From positions 23,766-82,078 of the forward strand of contig DAITFD010000001.1 of the NCBI GenBank assembly GCA_036839005.1: a DNA stretch of 58,313 bases, in the 5' to 3' direction. The notes under the pieces were generated by a model. The model did not search any database, was not told where the DNA came from, and saw only the letters and a program-made list of their open reading frames with translations. Source of the stretch: Chitinophagaceae bacterium. GTDB taxonomy: Bacteria; Bacteroidota; Bacteroidia; Chitinophagales; Chitinophagaceae. Positions 50,311 to 58,313 of the stretch are shown here, one piece after another (position 1 is the stretch's first letter; each line of letters starts with the position of its first letter). Made by a program: the position numbers and the translations under genes.

Positions 50311-50370
50311 GAGGGGTTTGAGGGAATGGTGGACCCCGGGGGAGATACCCCCAAGAGGTTATATTTTCTC
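50311..50370 (+). ncRNA. Candidate small RNA, copy 1
   Basis: Downstream of the promoter: GGGGUUU/GGACCCC stem around GAGGGAAUGGU, then GGGGG-AGAUA-CCCCC; ends are approximate. Confidence 0.5.
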
Positions 50371-50502
50371 AACCCTTGTCCGACACCCATCTTTCATGCT
50401 GATTTTTATGACAGGCACATCGTTCCTTTGAATGAAACGCATTACCCGTTTTATACGCCTTTGGGGAATTGAAAGCGCCGGTAAGTTTTTGTATTTTCGA
50501 CT

Positions 50503-50562
50503 GAGGGGTTTGAGGGAATGGTGGACCCCGGGGGAGATACCCCCAAGAGGTTATATTTTCTC
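50503..50562 (+). ncRNA. Candidate small RNA, copy 2
   Basis: Same sequence as copy 1 over this span. Confidence 0.5.
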
Positions 50563-50694
50563 ATTGTATGACCGTCATCCATCGTCCACGCCGGTTTTTC
50601 ATACAGATACATCGCACTTTTAAATTAAGAACATTACCCGTTTTATACGCCTTTAGGGAATTGAAAGCGCCGGTAAGTTTTCCTATTTTCGACC

Positions 50695-50757
50695 GAGGGG
50701 TTTGAGGGAATGGTGGACCCCGGGGGAGATGCCCCGAATGGGGTAGTTGTTGTTTTT
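50695..50757 (+). ncRNA. Candidate small RNA, copy 3
   Basis: Same first hairpin; variant 3' hairpin (GCCCC-GAAU-GGGGU) followed by a U-rich tract. Confidence 0.45.
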
Positions 50758-50899
50758 ATCTATTCTGGCCTTTCCCTGCAATTGTTGGTTCAATATACTC
50801 CGTAATTCATGCTTATCAATTGATTTAATAAAACTCATTACCCTGTTTTACCCACGTATGGGGCATTGTTAGCGTCCGTAATTTTTTTTATTTTCGAAG

Positions 50900-50950
50900 T
50901 GGGGTTTGAGGGAATACCGGCCCCGGGGAGGAGTTTTCATGGTGTTCCTC
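50900..50950 (+). ncRNA. Candidate small RNA, copy 4 (diverged)
   Basis: GGGGUU-UGAGGGAAUACC-GGCCCC keeps the stem and the UUUGAGGGAAU word despite substitutions. Confidence 0.4.
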
Positions 50951-51180
50951 TATGCAGTTACTTTCATCTTTTGAGTATCCCCATCCTTCATAACAAACTT
51001 CCATTCACGCATGAATGATTATCATGAATTTTCTCAGAAATGTTAACTGTTCCTGTTTTGATGTACACTACGAGCAATAACATGAATCATTAGTGCCTGT
51101 TCGTTCATGTACTTTCAGGTACTATGAAAAAACCATGAACCCTTGGGTAAAAACACATCCCATGCACCTTTCGTTGCTTT

Positions 51181-51188
51181 TACTTTTG
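51181..51188 (+). promoter_or_regulatory. -7 box TACTTTTG, probable promoter of 51307-52375
   Basis: Exact TAnnTTTG match ~120 nt upstream of ATG 51307. Confidence 0.5.
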
Positions 51189-51306
51189 TATCGGTGAGGC
51201 GGATAGTTTGATCAGCAGCCATGCACAAACCGTTCAGCTCAACCGGTGGAATAATCCGACACAGCACCCCAACTGAAGGTAGGCTAATCAATTCAACCGT
51301 ACCATT

Positions 51307-52140
51307 ATGAAAACTTTTTTATGTTTAATCCTGTCCGTGTTGATTGTGTTTAACACGGTAGCCGCACAAACCCCATCTGCGCATCTCCAAATATTTTGTA
51401 ACTCATCAGGAGCGGCAAACATGGATTCAGAAGCTATTGGAGCATTGCACAATGAAGCAGTAACTTTCGTACTAAACAATACGTATACACGAAAGGATAT
51501 GACAGAATCGGAGCTAGTTAAAAACTTCAATGAACAGTTTGTTCGGTTTTTTGAATCGAAAGGCATCAGCGTGCAGGTAGTGTTAAAAGGAAGTCTCGAA
51601 CAGGTGCTGCAGGAAGAATCGTATGCTGTTTGTATGCAAACCGAACGTTTATCTCCTGAAGCCAAATCCATGGCCTGTGCCCTGCAACAACACATGGAAG
51701 AGGTGGCAGCCGGAAGGTATGGCGTAGATGAATTTGTATTGAGGATGGATGCCCTTCGAACAAAAGCCGGTGATTTAACCAATGACAGTGAGCGAATGTT
51801 GTGCAGCATGACTGCCTCCGTTGCGAAGCATTCTGCCCTGTTTTGGAGTAAGTATTCCGATATGTATTACCAGCAATTTCATTCAGTGCTGAGTAACTCA
51901 AACAATGGTAAACGAGGCCCCGATATGGAGGAGGAATACCTGAACCATTCTTTCCTACCGCAGCAACGGGTGCGTTGGTGGGCCTTTGCAGCATCAGATT
52001 TGTATGGCGCCTGGAACTGGGGAAGGTTTGGCGGTTATGGTGGTGGGTTAGCCGGAGTGGTGGCATTAGGACTCACAGGTGCAACGTGGCATTCGGGCAG
52101 TAGCCTGATTACCCAGGCAGCGTATAATATTTTTAAATAA
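51307..52140 (+). CDS. Secreted hypothetical protein with Gly/Trp-rich bacteriocin-like C-terminal segment
   Basis: Sec signal (TVAA-Q), helical body, C-terminus RVRWWAFAASDLYGAWNWGRFGGYGGGLAGVVALGLTGATWHSG. Confidence 0.7.
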   Translation: MKTFLCLILSVLIVFNTVAAQTPSAHLQIFCNSSGAANMDSEAIGALHNEAVTFVLNNTYTRKDMTESELVKNFNEQFVRFFESKGISVQVVLKGSLEQVLQEESYAVCMQTERLSPEAKSMACALQQHMEEVAAGRYGVDEFVLRMDALRTKAGDLTNDSERMLCSMTASVAKHSALFWSKYSDMYYQQFHSVLSNSNNGKRGPDMEEEYLNHSFLPQQRVRWWAFAASDLYGAWNWGRFGGYGGGLAGVVALGLTGATWHSGSSLITQAAYNIFK

Positions 52141-52150
52141 TTTTCGGTGT

Positions 52151-52375
52151 ATGATTCAGCGTTGGTATAAACGATACATGAAGTTTTCGCGCCAAAACGC
52201 CTTCGTTTTTTATAGCATGCGCATCGGCGAAACCATACTGGTGGCCGGGATGGTTTCGTGGTTGTTCAAACTGAACCTGACTGAAACTGTGATTATCATT
52301 GTTGTGGGAGTGATACTTACGCCCGTGGGATATGCCTTTTCAAAACAGAAAAAGAAACCGCATCAGGACGATTGA
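52151..52375 (+). CDS. Small basic 2-TM membrane protein (possible immunity protein)
   Basis: Starts 10 nt after the upstream stop; Arg/Lys-rich N-terminus, two TM helices, KQKKK tail. Confidence 0.6.
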   Translation: MIQRWYKRYMKFSRQNAFVFYSMRIGETILVAGMVSWLFKLNLTETVIIIVVGVILTPVGYAFSKQKKKPHQDD

Positions 52376-53247
52376 TACAGCAATACCTGCCATGCCCGGT
52401 CAACCTGTTGCTGATCCAGTAAAGTGGCAGCATGGCGATGTAATTCCTGCTCCATATCCTCGGGGTTTATCGAGAAGTACTGCGCAATGTGTGTAACCTT
52501 TTCATCTGTGAACGCAGGATCAATATCCGGCACTGATTGTACATTGGCTAACTGCCCCAGGTGGTTGCCTGTGAGTAACTTACTGTTACGGATAGACGCC
52601 GGTAACTGATCTATTCCTATTCCAAGGTTTGTATTGGGTTTAGCTACTTTGAACAGGCTTTGATGATCTACCTTGCAATACCAGTCGCCACCCAGCCGCG
52701 CTACGTGTTCAATTTTTTGCTGGTCTATCTTCCCGTTTTCATCCAGGATGCTGTCATCAATATGCATCACCAGCACTTCACAGATAACCAGGTTGCCCGC
52801 GCCTCCGCCCGTGCCCAATGGTTTCACTTCGAGCACGCGGCATTCCATTTTTATTTTACTTTCTTTCACCAGTGGCGGACGAATCATCTTGCTTTTCAAC
52901 TCCGTAAATCCGGCCTTTACAAATTCATTCACTTCCTTGCTGTACTCACAACTGGATAGCGACACCTGTTGTACCATATCATAGTCTACGATGTTAATGG
53001 CTACTTCAGGTACTTCCAGCACGTTTTCCAGCGTGTGTTTGGTGGTGTTGTCGCGCACACGGCGTGCCGGAGAAAAAATTACAATGGGTGGGTTTGATGA
53101 AAACAGATTAAAAAAACTGAACGGACTCAAATTCACCCGTCCGTTGGCATCTATGGTAGAGGCGAAGCAAATAGGCCTCGGGGCGATAGCGTGTTGCAGG
53201 TAGTTTTGAGCATCCTGCGGTTTCAGATCTTTTAAAATGAGTTCCAT
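52363..53247 (-). CDS. Flavin reductase family protein (DIM6/NTAB-like)
   Basis: IAPRPI...ST......NLSPFSFFN, K.TL.N, VARLGG.WY. Confidence 0.9.
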   Translation of the reverse strand: MELILKDLKPQDAQNYLQHAIAPRPICFASTIDANGRVNLSPFSFFNLFSSNPPIVIFSPARRVRDNTTKHTLENVLEVPEVAINIVDYDMVQQVSLSSCEYSKEVNEFVKAGFTELKSKMIRPPLVKESKIKMECRVLEVKPLGTGGGAGNLVICEVLVMHIDDSILDENGKIDQQKIEHVARLGGDWYCKVDHQSLFKVAKPNTNLGIGIDQLPASIRNSKLLTGNHLGQLANVQSVPDIDPAFTDEKVTHIAQYFSINPEDMEQELHRHAATLLDQQQVDRAWQVLLYQSS

Positions 53248-53256
53248 AAATGGTTG

Positions 53257-54273
53257 TTATCCCTGAGTATGTTTTTTCAATGCAAGAATCGAGAAGTCAG
53301 AATCTTCTTTTACTATGGTATTAGAAAGCGTGCCGAGGCCTTCAATATCCATTTCCACCACATCGCCGGGCTGAAGCCATTGTTCCTTATAATCAGGATT
53401 ATTGAGTTTGCCGGTGCCGTTTAGTTCAAGGAAACAGCCGGTACCCACGGTACCACTGCCAATTACATCGCCGGGCAACAGGTTCACTCCGTAACTGCAA
53501 CGTTCAATAATTTCTGCGAAGGTCCAGTCCATATCACCAATATTACCACGACTCACTTCTACGCCATTCACGCGGCATGTCATGGGCATATTCCATGATT
53601 TCCCCACATGACCGGTTTTGGCCGGAATTTCCAGATGGGCGAGTTCATCCAATGTTACCAGCATAGGCCCGATAGCGGTAGCAAAATCTTTTCCTTTGGC
53701 CGGCCCGAGGTTGAGTTTCATCTCTTCCATCTGTAAAGTGCGTGCACTCATATCATTCATAATCATCAATCCGCCGATATAGGCATCGGCTTTTTCGGCG
53801 GGTATGTTTCTGCCGGGCTGGCAAATTACTACGGCAGCTTCCAGTTCAAAATCCAGTTTATTGAAATGGTCGGGCATGCAATAGATGTTGCCGGGCCCCT
53901 GAATGCTGTTGTGGTTGGTGAAATAGAAGATGGGATACTGATCAAATTCCTCAATCATATCTACTTTACGGTTCCTGCGCGCCGCAGCCACGTGTTGGCG
54001 AAAGGCGTATCCATCGCGGCAGCTGGTGGGGTGAGGTACGGGGGCCAGTATATGAGATGACTGAAACGGTACACCGTGCAGTTGTTGCAAACCGCCCGAC
54101 AGGATGCGTTGTTCGGCAGCCAGTGCCAACGGGTAGCTTTCTTCCCAAAAATTCAGGAACATAGCCATGCTGATAGGCAGATTCGGGTGGAGCAGGTCGG
54201 TGTCATATAACAATCCATTCACCAGTATGGCAAGTTGTTCCTGTTCATCTTTTAGGTAGGTAACCAGTTTCAT
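53257..54273 (-). CDS. Fumarylacetoacetate hydrolase family protein
   Basis: RDGYAFRQH, FYFTNH, LDFELE, NDMSAR..Q, KGKDFA, PGDVIGSGTVG.GC; start placed at MKLVTY. Confidence 0.93.
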   Translation of the reverse strand: MKLVTYLKDEQEQLAILVNGLLYDTDLLHPNLPISMAMFLNFWEESYPLALAAEQRILSGGLQQLHGVPFQSSHILAPVPHPTSCRDGYAFRQHVAAARRNRKVDMIEEFDQYPIFYFTNHNSIQGPGNIYCMPDHFNKLDFELEAAVVICQPGRNIPAEKADAYIGGLMIMNDMSARTLQMEEMKLNLGPAKGKDFATAIGPMLVTLDELAHLEIPAKTGHVGKSWNMPMTCRVNGVEVSRGNIGDMDWTFAEIIERCSYGVNLLPGDVIGSGTVGTGCFLELNGTGKLNNPDYKEQWLQPGDVVEMDIEGLGTLSNTIVKEDSDFSILALKKHTQG

Positions 54274-54352
54274 AAGTGTGTGTTGAAGGCACAAATTTAA
54301 TGTGGATACCTCAAAAATCCCCTTTTTGTATATTTGCACTAAATCTGTGCAC

Positions 54353-55009
54353 ATGGCGTTTCAAAAAATTCATAACAAGGGGCAGGCCCAACTGTTCAAG
54401 AATCAATATCTGGAATACCTGACAAAGACACACCCGCTCATCATTTGGGGAATATATACACCGGTTATTGTTTACATGTGCTACTATTCGTACACTACTT
54501 TGGCTTTTACAGGCTTAACCGTGTTACTGGTGTTTTTGGCGGGGATGTTTTTCTGGTCCTTTACTGAATACATCATGCACCGTTTTGTATTTCACAGTCA
54601 TCCAACCTCTGAGCGTGGTAAACGCATTGCGTATGTGATGCATGGCAACCATCATGAATTCCCGCGCGATAAGGAGCGTTTGTTTATGCCTGCGGTACCC
54701 AGTGTAATTCTGGCATCCATTTTCTTTTCCCTGTTTTATCTTGCCATGGGGAAATATGCCTTTTCATTTTTCCCGGGCTTTATGCTGGGATATCTGATGT
54801 ACGGAAGTATGCATTACGCAATCCATGCCTGGAATCCGCCGTTTAAGTGGATGAAAGGTTTATGGAGGAATCACCACTTACATCATTACAAGCACGAAGA
54901 CTTGGGTTTTGGAGTGAGCAGTACCTTGTGGGATCATGTGTTTGGCACCATGTTCGATTTAAAGAAGGAAAAAGAGGATAAGGAAAAAGTGAAGGAGTTG
55001 ATGTATTAA
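54353..55009 (+). CDS. Fatty acid hydroxylase/sterol desaturase family protein (FA2H-like)
   Basis: His boxes EY..HRFVFH, HGNHH, HYAIH, HHLHH; FGVSS.LWD.VFGT. Confidence 0.92.
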   Translation: MAFQKIHNKGQAQLFKNQYLEYLTKTHPLIIWGIYTPVIVYMCYYSYTTLAFTGLTVLLVFLAGMFFWSFTEYIMHRFVFHSHPTSERGKRIAYVMHGNHHEFPRDKERLFMPAVPSVILASIFFSLFYLAMGKYAFSFFPGFMLGYLMYGSMHYAIHAWNPPFKWMKGLWRNHHLHHYKHEDLGFGVSSTLWDHVFGTMFDLKKEKEDKEKVKELMY

Positions 55010-55027
55010 GCCCCTGAAAATATTTTT

Positions 55028-55059
55028 AAAGTGCCCGGTAACTTCCGGGCATTTTTTTT
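55028..55059 (+). terminator. Intrinsic terminator, possibly bidirectional
   Basis: AAAGTGCCCGG-taactt-CCGGGCATTT followed by a T-tract, between convergent genes. Confidence 0.85.
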
Positions 55060-55375
55060 ACCATCGCTCTGCATCATTGTCAGAAGGAGGTTGCTGTTTG
55101 AGAGCCGCTTTGGTTTCCAGTGTTTGAATAATTCTGTTGATGATGCTTTGAGCTATCACGGTGGCAGAGGATTCAGGGGTTTGAAGCATTTGCTTCAGTT
55201 TAGATTCATCTACGTCTATGCGATACAGTAATTGAACCAGTTGTTCAAAATCAGTGTTGATCAAGTGCTGGATGTATTGCACGAATGCATTAAACAATGC
55301 CTCATCCCGAAGTTGTACCGGGTTGTTACATTTAAATACCTGTTCAGGATGAAAGGAGTTGTCCGGCTTGGCCAT
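55058..55375 (-). CDS. Conserved hypothetical protein
   Basis: I..LI..DFE.L.QLLYRIDV.E.KL motif that I recognise from Bacteroidota hypothetical proteins. Confidence 0.75.
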   Translation of the reverse strand: MAKPDNSFHPEQVFKCNNPVQLRDEALFNAFVQYIQHLINTDFEQLVQLLYRIDVDESKLKQMLQTPESSATVIAQSIINRIIQTLETKAALKQQPPSDNDAERW

Positions 55376-55403
55376 ATACAGGTTTTTTCAGTAGATGATA
55401 CGT

Positions 55404-55649
55404 TTAGGGTTTTATACTTTCCATACTTTTTTTACCCACACCGAATGCATTTGCCACAAGTTTGAAATTAAAGATGACCGTCAGTACCACTACTTCCATA
55501 ACCGTTTGAATAATGGATTGGGGCAAAAACGCGCTCTTCCCGTCGAACATCCAATCAATCAGCGTGAATGTTATAAACAATACCAGCAACAGGATGGTCA
55601 GTTGTATCGGGCTGGATAATTGGGTGTATTTATGGTATAGCTTTTTCAT
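55404..55649 (-). CDS. Small 2-TM membrane protein
   Basis: Two hydrophobic helices; resembles its upstream neighbour. Confidence 0.6.
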   Translation of the reverse strand: MKKLYHKYTQLSSPIQLTILLLVLFITFTLIDWMFDGKSAFLPQSIIQTVMEVVVLTVIFNFKLVANAFGVGKKSMESIKP

Positions 55650-55681
55650 GTGAACTTACATTAGCATGTTTGAACGTCAAG

Positions 55682-55909
55682 TTAGGATTGTTTTTTTGGA
55701 AAAACCATCCTAACATAGTTCCAGTTGAAAAAAAGCGTCCATACGATACCGATAGTAACGGCTTTCAACAGCATTACCTTTATCGGTTTTGCGTCGAAAA
55801 TCCCTATCCAGGTAAACAGCATATCCAGGCACAGCCAGAGCAATATGTTGAACAGGAATACAAGTATTAGTTGCAGCCAGGAGGGTAATGTGTTCAACCA
55901 GTTTTTCAT
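55682..55909 (-). CDS. Small 2-TM membrane protein
   Basis: Start placed at MKNWLNTLPSWLQL; the longer track ORF runs through a palindromic element. Confidence 0.6.
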   Translation of the reverse strand: MKNWLNTLPSWLQLILVFLFNILLWLCLDMLFTWIGIFDAKPIKVMLLKAVTIGIVWTLFFNWNYVRMVFPKKQS

Positions 55910-55992
55910 ATCATGGGTTGATTGAAGGGTAAAGATATTTATTTTAATTAAAGTGAATTTTCTTTTCAGTAAGATGATATTTAATGATTCCC

Positions 55993-56073
55993 GCGTTAGG
56001 GATTGAAGCGTAAAGCCGGAGGGTTGCAGCGGAAAGCCCGCCCCCCCCGCCACGGCGGGGCGGGGGGGAACGC
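55993..56073. repeat. GC-rich palindromic intergenic element (REP-like)
   Basis: Ends GCGTT/AACGC are complementary; internal repeat GGATTGAAGCGTAAAGCC / GGTTGCAGCGGAAAGCCC; hairpin CCCCGCC-AC-GGCGGGG. Confidence 0.65.
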
Positions 56074-56118
56074 CCAAATACTAAAGCATCCCATTGCGTA
56101 TAACCTCAATCGTTAGTG

Positions 56119-56901
56119 TCAGAATTTTTCCAGCACACCGAGGGCAAACAGAGCGTAATCGTAGCGAACCGGATCGGTGGGGTGAAGTTGTTTCAGGAAG
56201 CGGGTGAGTTCAACGGCGGTGGCCCAGTCGTTGGCGTTGCGCTGAATGAGGTTAAAGCTACGCGCCACACGGGTTACGTGCACATCCAGCGGAATAACGA
56301 GCTGATGCGTTTGAATATTTTTCCATACACCGAAATCCACGCCACCGTCGGCAGGGCGAACCATCCATCTCAAATACATGTTCAGCCTTTTACACGCTGA
56401 ATGTTTAAAGGGTGCGGCTATGTGTTTGCGGGTTCTTTCGGGCACCTCCTCGAGGGAGAAGAAGTAATGATAAAAATAGTTGAGTGCCTGTTCCACCGTT
56501 TCGTGTTCAGGTTGTAGGCCAGCCGTGAAAGCTGTTTCCAGCGAAGGGTGCTGTTGGTAATGATGCCGGAAGAAAGCGATACAGTACAACAGGTCGGTTG
56601 GGTTGAACGTGCGGTGCGCGAAGGTTAAAAATCGCTTCAGGTCTTTTTCATGGTGATGCACACAGAAATCGTGGGGTGCATTGTCCATCAACTGCATCAG
56701 TTCACTGGTTTTCTGAATGATGGTTTTCCGGTTTCCCCATGCAAACAGGGCCGCGAAGAATCCGGCCATTTCAATGTCTTGCAGTTTGTTGAACCGATGC
56801 GGAATACTGATGGGGTCATCCTGAATGAAAAAAGGCTGATGGTATTCATCAACCTTTTTATTTAAAAAAATTTCGAGTGCTTTTAAATCCTGCTTCCGCA
56901 T
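56119..56901 (-). CDS. TIGR02757 (DUF2400) family protein
   Basis: DDPISIPH, FAWGNR..I, SACKRLNMYLRWMVR, PLDVHV.R, DPVRYDYALF. Confidence 0.92.
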   Translation of the reverse strand: MRKQDLKALEIFLNKKVDEYHQPFFIQDDPISIPHRFNKLQDIEMAGFFAALFAWGNRKTIIQKTSELMQLMDNAPHDFCVHHHEKDLKRFLTFAHRTFNPTDLLYCIAFFRHHYQQHPSLETAFTAGLQPEHETVEQALNYFYHYFFSLEEVPERTRKHIAAPFKHSACKRLNMYLRWMVRPADGGVDFGVWKNIQTHQLVIPLDVHVTRVARSFNLIQRNANDWATAVELTRFLKQLHPTDPVRYDYALFALGVLEKF

Positions 56902-58061
56902 TATCCGATAGCCTGTTTTAAATCTTCTACCAGATCATCAGCATCTTCAATACCCACACTCAGGCGGATGAGTCCGTCGGTTAATCCGGTTTTAATACGC
57001 TCTTCTCTTGGAATGCTGGCATGCGTCATAGAGGCAGGGTGGTTGATGAGGGATTCCACACCTCCCAAACTTTCGGCCAGTGAAAACAGTTTGGTAGATT
57101 TCAGCACTTTCATGGCGGCATCTACGGAATCATCTTTCAGGGTGAAACTCATCATGCCACCGAAACCGCGCATTTGTGTTTTCGCAATCTGATGGTTGGG
57201 ATGATCGGCGAAGCCTGCCCAGAATACTTTATCTACAGAGGGGTGTTTACGCAGGAAATGTGCAATCGTGTATCCGTTCTCGTTATGTTGTTTCATTCGT
57301 ACGTGCAGTGTTTTAATGCCGCGCAGCACGAGGAAACAATCCATGGGTCCGGGTACAGCACCACAGCTTTTCTGAATGAAATAGAGTTGATCATACAGTT
57401 CTTTGCTGTTCATCATCAACGCGCCCTGAATCACATCACTGTGCCCGCCCAGGTATTTCGTGGCAGAGTGCATTACGATATCAGCGCCCAGGTCGAGCGG
57501 ATTTTGCAGATACGGTGTAGCGAAGGTGTTGTCTACACAGAGGATGGCACCGGCTTTTTTCGTGATGGCCGCTACGGCAGCAATATCGGTGATGTTCATC
57601 AGCGGATTGGTAGGGGTTTCAATCCAAACCAGTTTGGTAGCCGGAGAGAGGGCAGCGGCTACATTCTCTGCACGGGTAGTATCCACATATTTGAAACGGA
57701 TGCCGAATTTTTCAAACACCTTGGTAAACAGGCGGTAGGTACCACCGTACATATCCTGTGCGGCAATTACTTCATCGCCTGGGGATAATAACTTTATAAC
57801 CGCATCGGTGGCGGCAACACCACTGCTGAAGGCCAGTCCGTATTGGCCGTTTTCAATAATGGCATACGCGGTTTCCAGCGCTTTGCGGGTTGGGTTTTGA
57901 GAACGTGCGTATTCAAACCCTTTATTTACACCGGGTGCTTCCTGCACATAGGTAGAGGTTTGAAAGATGGGCGTCATAATAGCGCCGGTAGATGGATCGG
58001 GTTCGGCGCCGGCATGAATCAGCCGTGTCGCCATTTTCTTGCGTGATAAATCTTCACTCAT
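56901..58061 (-). CDS. Cystathionine gamma-synthase/gamma-lyase (Cys/Met metabolism PLP enzyme)
   Basis: YARSQNPTR, ETPTNP, VDNTFATP, HSATKYLGGHSD, LAESLGGVESL, IRLSVGIE. Confidence 0.95.
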   Translation of the reverse strand: MSEDLSRKKMATRLIHAGAEPDPSTGAIMTPIFQTSTYVQEAPGVNKGFEYARSQNPTRKALETAYAIIENGQYGLAFSSGVAATDAVIKLLSPGDEVIAAQDMYGGTYRLFTKVFEKFGIRFKYVDTTRAENVAAALSPATKLVWIETPTNPLMNITDIAAVAAITKKAGAILCVDNTFATPYLQNPLDLGADIVMHSATKYLGGHSDVIQGALMMNSKELYDQLYFIQKSCGAVPGPMDCFLVLRGIKTLHVRMKQHNENGYTIAHFLRKHPSVDKVFWAGFADHPNHQIAKTQMRGFGGMMSFTLKDDSVDAAMKVLKSTKLFSLAESLGGVESLINHPASMTHASIPREERIKTGLTDGLIRLSVGIEDADDLVEDLKQAIG

Positions 58062-58098
58062 GATGATTGAATTGAATGGCAAATGTACTGATTTGCTG

Positions 58099-58313
58099 TT
58101 AAGGTGTGTGCAGCATATACGCGGCACAGAGATATCGCCAGTCGAAGTTATCGGCCTGATGAGCATCCATGGGTTTTACCGCTTTTTGCAACGCGGCAGG
58201 TTTCAGCAGTTTTTCCTGAACGAGTGATTTTTTGGCTTCATGTATAAAGTCCTGTACGCGGGCGTCGTTCATCCAGCTTTTTTGCGGAGGTTCATAGCCC
58301 ACTTTATCCGTTC
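58099..58313 (-). CDS. asnB: Asparagine synthase (glutamine-hydrolysing), C-terminal end (partial)
   Basis: The frame is open to the window edge and reads TDKVGYEPPQKSWM, matching the AsnB R.K.GF..P...W motif. Confidence 0.7.
   Translation of the reverse strand, partial: TDKVGYEPPQKSWMNDARVQDFIHEAKKSLVQEKLLKPAALQKAVKPMDAHQADNFDWRYLCAAYMLHTP

Larger units (their letters stand above)
50160..50950 (+). repeat. Tandem array of four ~192-204-bp units with a highly conserved ~115-bp core
   Basis: CATTACCC starts at 50248, 50440, 50632 and 50836. Cores of units 1-3 are nearly identical and unit 4 is diverged. Linkers before units 1-3 are homologous but much more diverged. Confidence 0.92.

Noticed and set aside
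50432..50623. 63-aa ORF spanning one repeat unit (192 bp = 64 codons)
   Set aside because: The ATG is not conserved (AAG and ATT in units 1 and 3), unit 3 has an in-frame TAG, and unit 4 has indels. Conservation follows promoter spacing and stems rather than codons
50248..50950. CRISPR array interpretation of the 192-bp repeats
   Set aside because: The conserved part is ~115 bp (too long for a CRISPR repeat), the 'spacers' are homologous to each other, and there are no cas genes in the window
51190..51306. Riboswitch in the ~115-nt leader of the 51307 gene
   Set aside because: Only weak pairing (GTTTG/CAAAC), with no recognisable aptamer consensus or terminator

Overview
58.3 kb chromosomal window from a Bacteroidota bacterium, probably Chitinophagaceae-like. 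This is supported by repeated TAnnTTTG -7 promoter boxes, no obvious Shine-Dalgarno sites, a T9SS C-terminal domain, and the coaX-OMP-lptC order. Most of it is housekeeping (uvrD/pcrA 5' end, rpoN, polA, uvrB, typA, meaB, coaX, lptC, lysS, a cystathionine gamma-synthase/lyase, asnB 3' end) plus peptidases, transporters and TonB-dependent/outer-membrane proteins. I see no rRNA, tRNA, CRISPR array or transposase. The most unusual feature is in the 1.4 kb gap at 49882-51306. It holds four tandem ~192-bp units, each apparently a complete mini transcription unit: a NarL-like 7-2-7 box, a TTG-N20-TATTTTCG promoter and a short hairpin RNA with an invariant UUUGAGGGAAU. The array lies upstream of a secreted protein with a Gly/Trp-rich bacteriocin-like tail and a small 2-TM partner. 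Other points of interest are a His/Cys-rich RGPP-terminated leader protein before a TonB-dependent receptor, a 19-bp operator shared between that locus and merC, a 14xCXXC SSUH2-like/TerB membrane protein, several apparently leaderless genes and two frameshifted genes. All family assignments come from motif recognition, not database searches.
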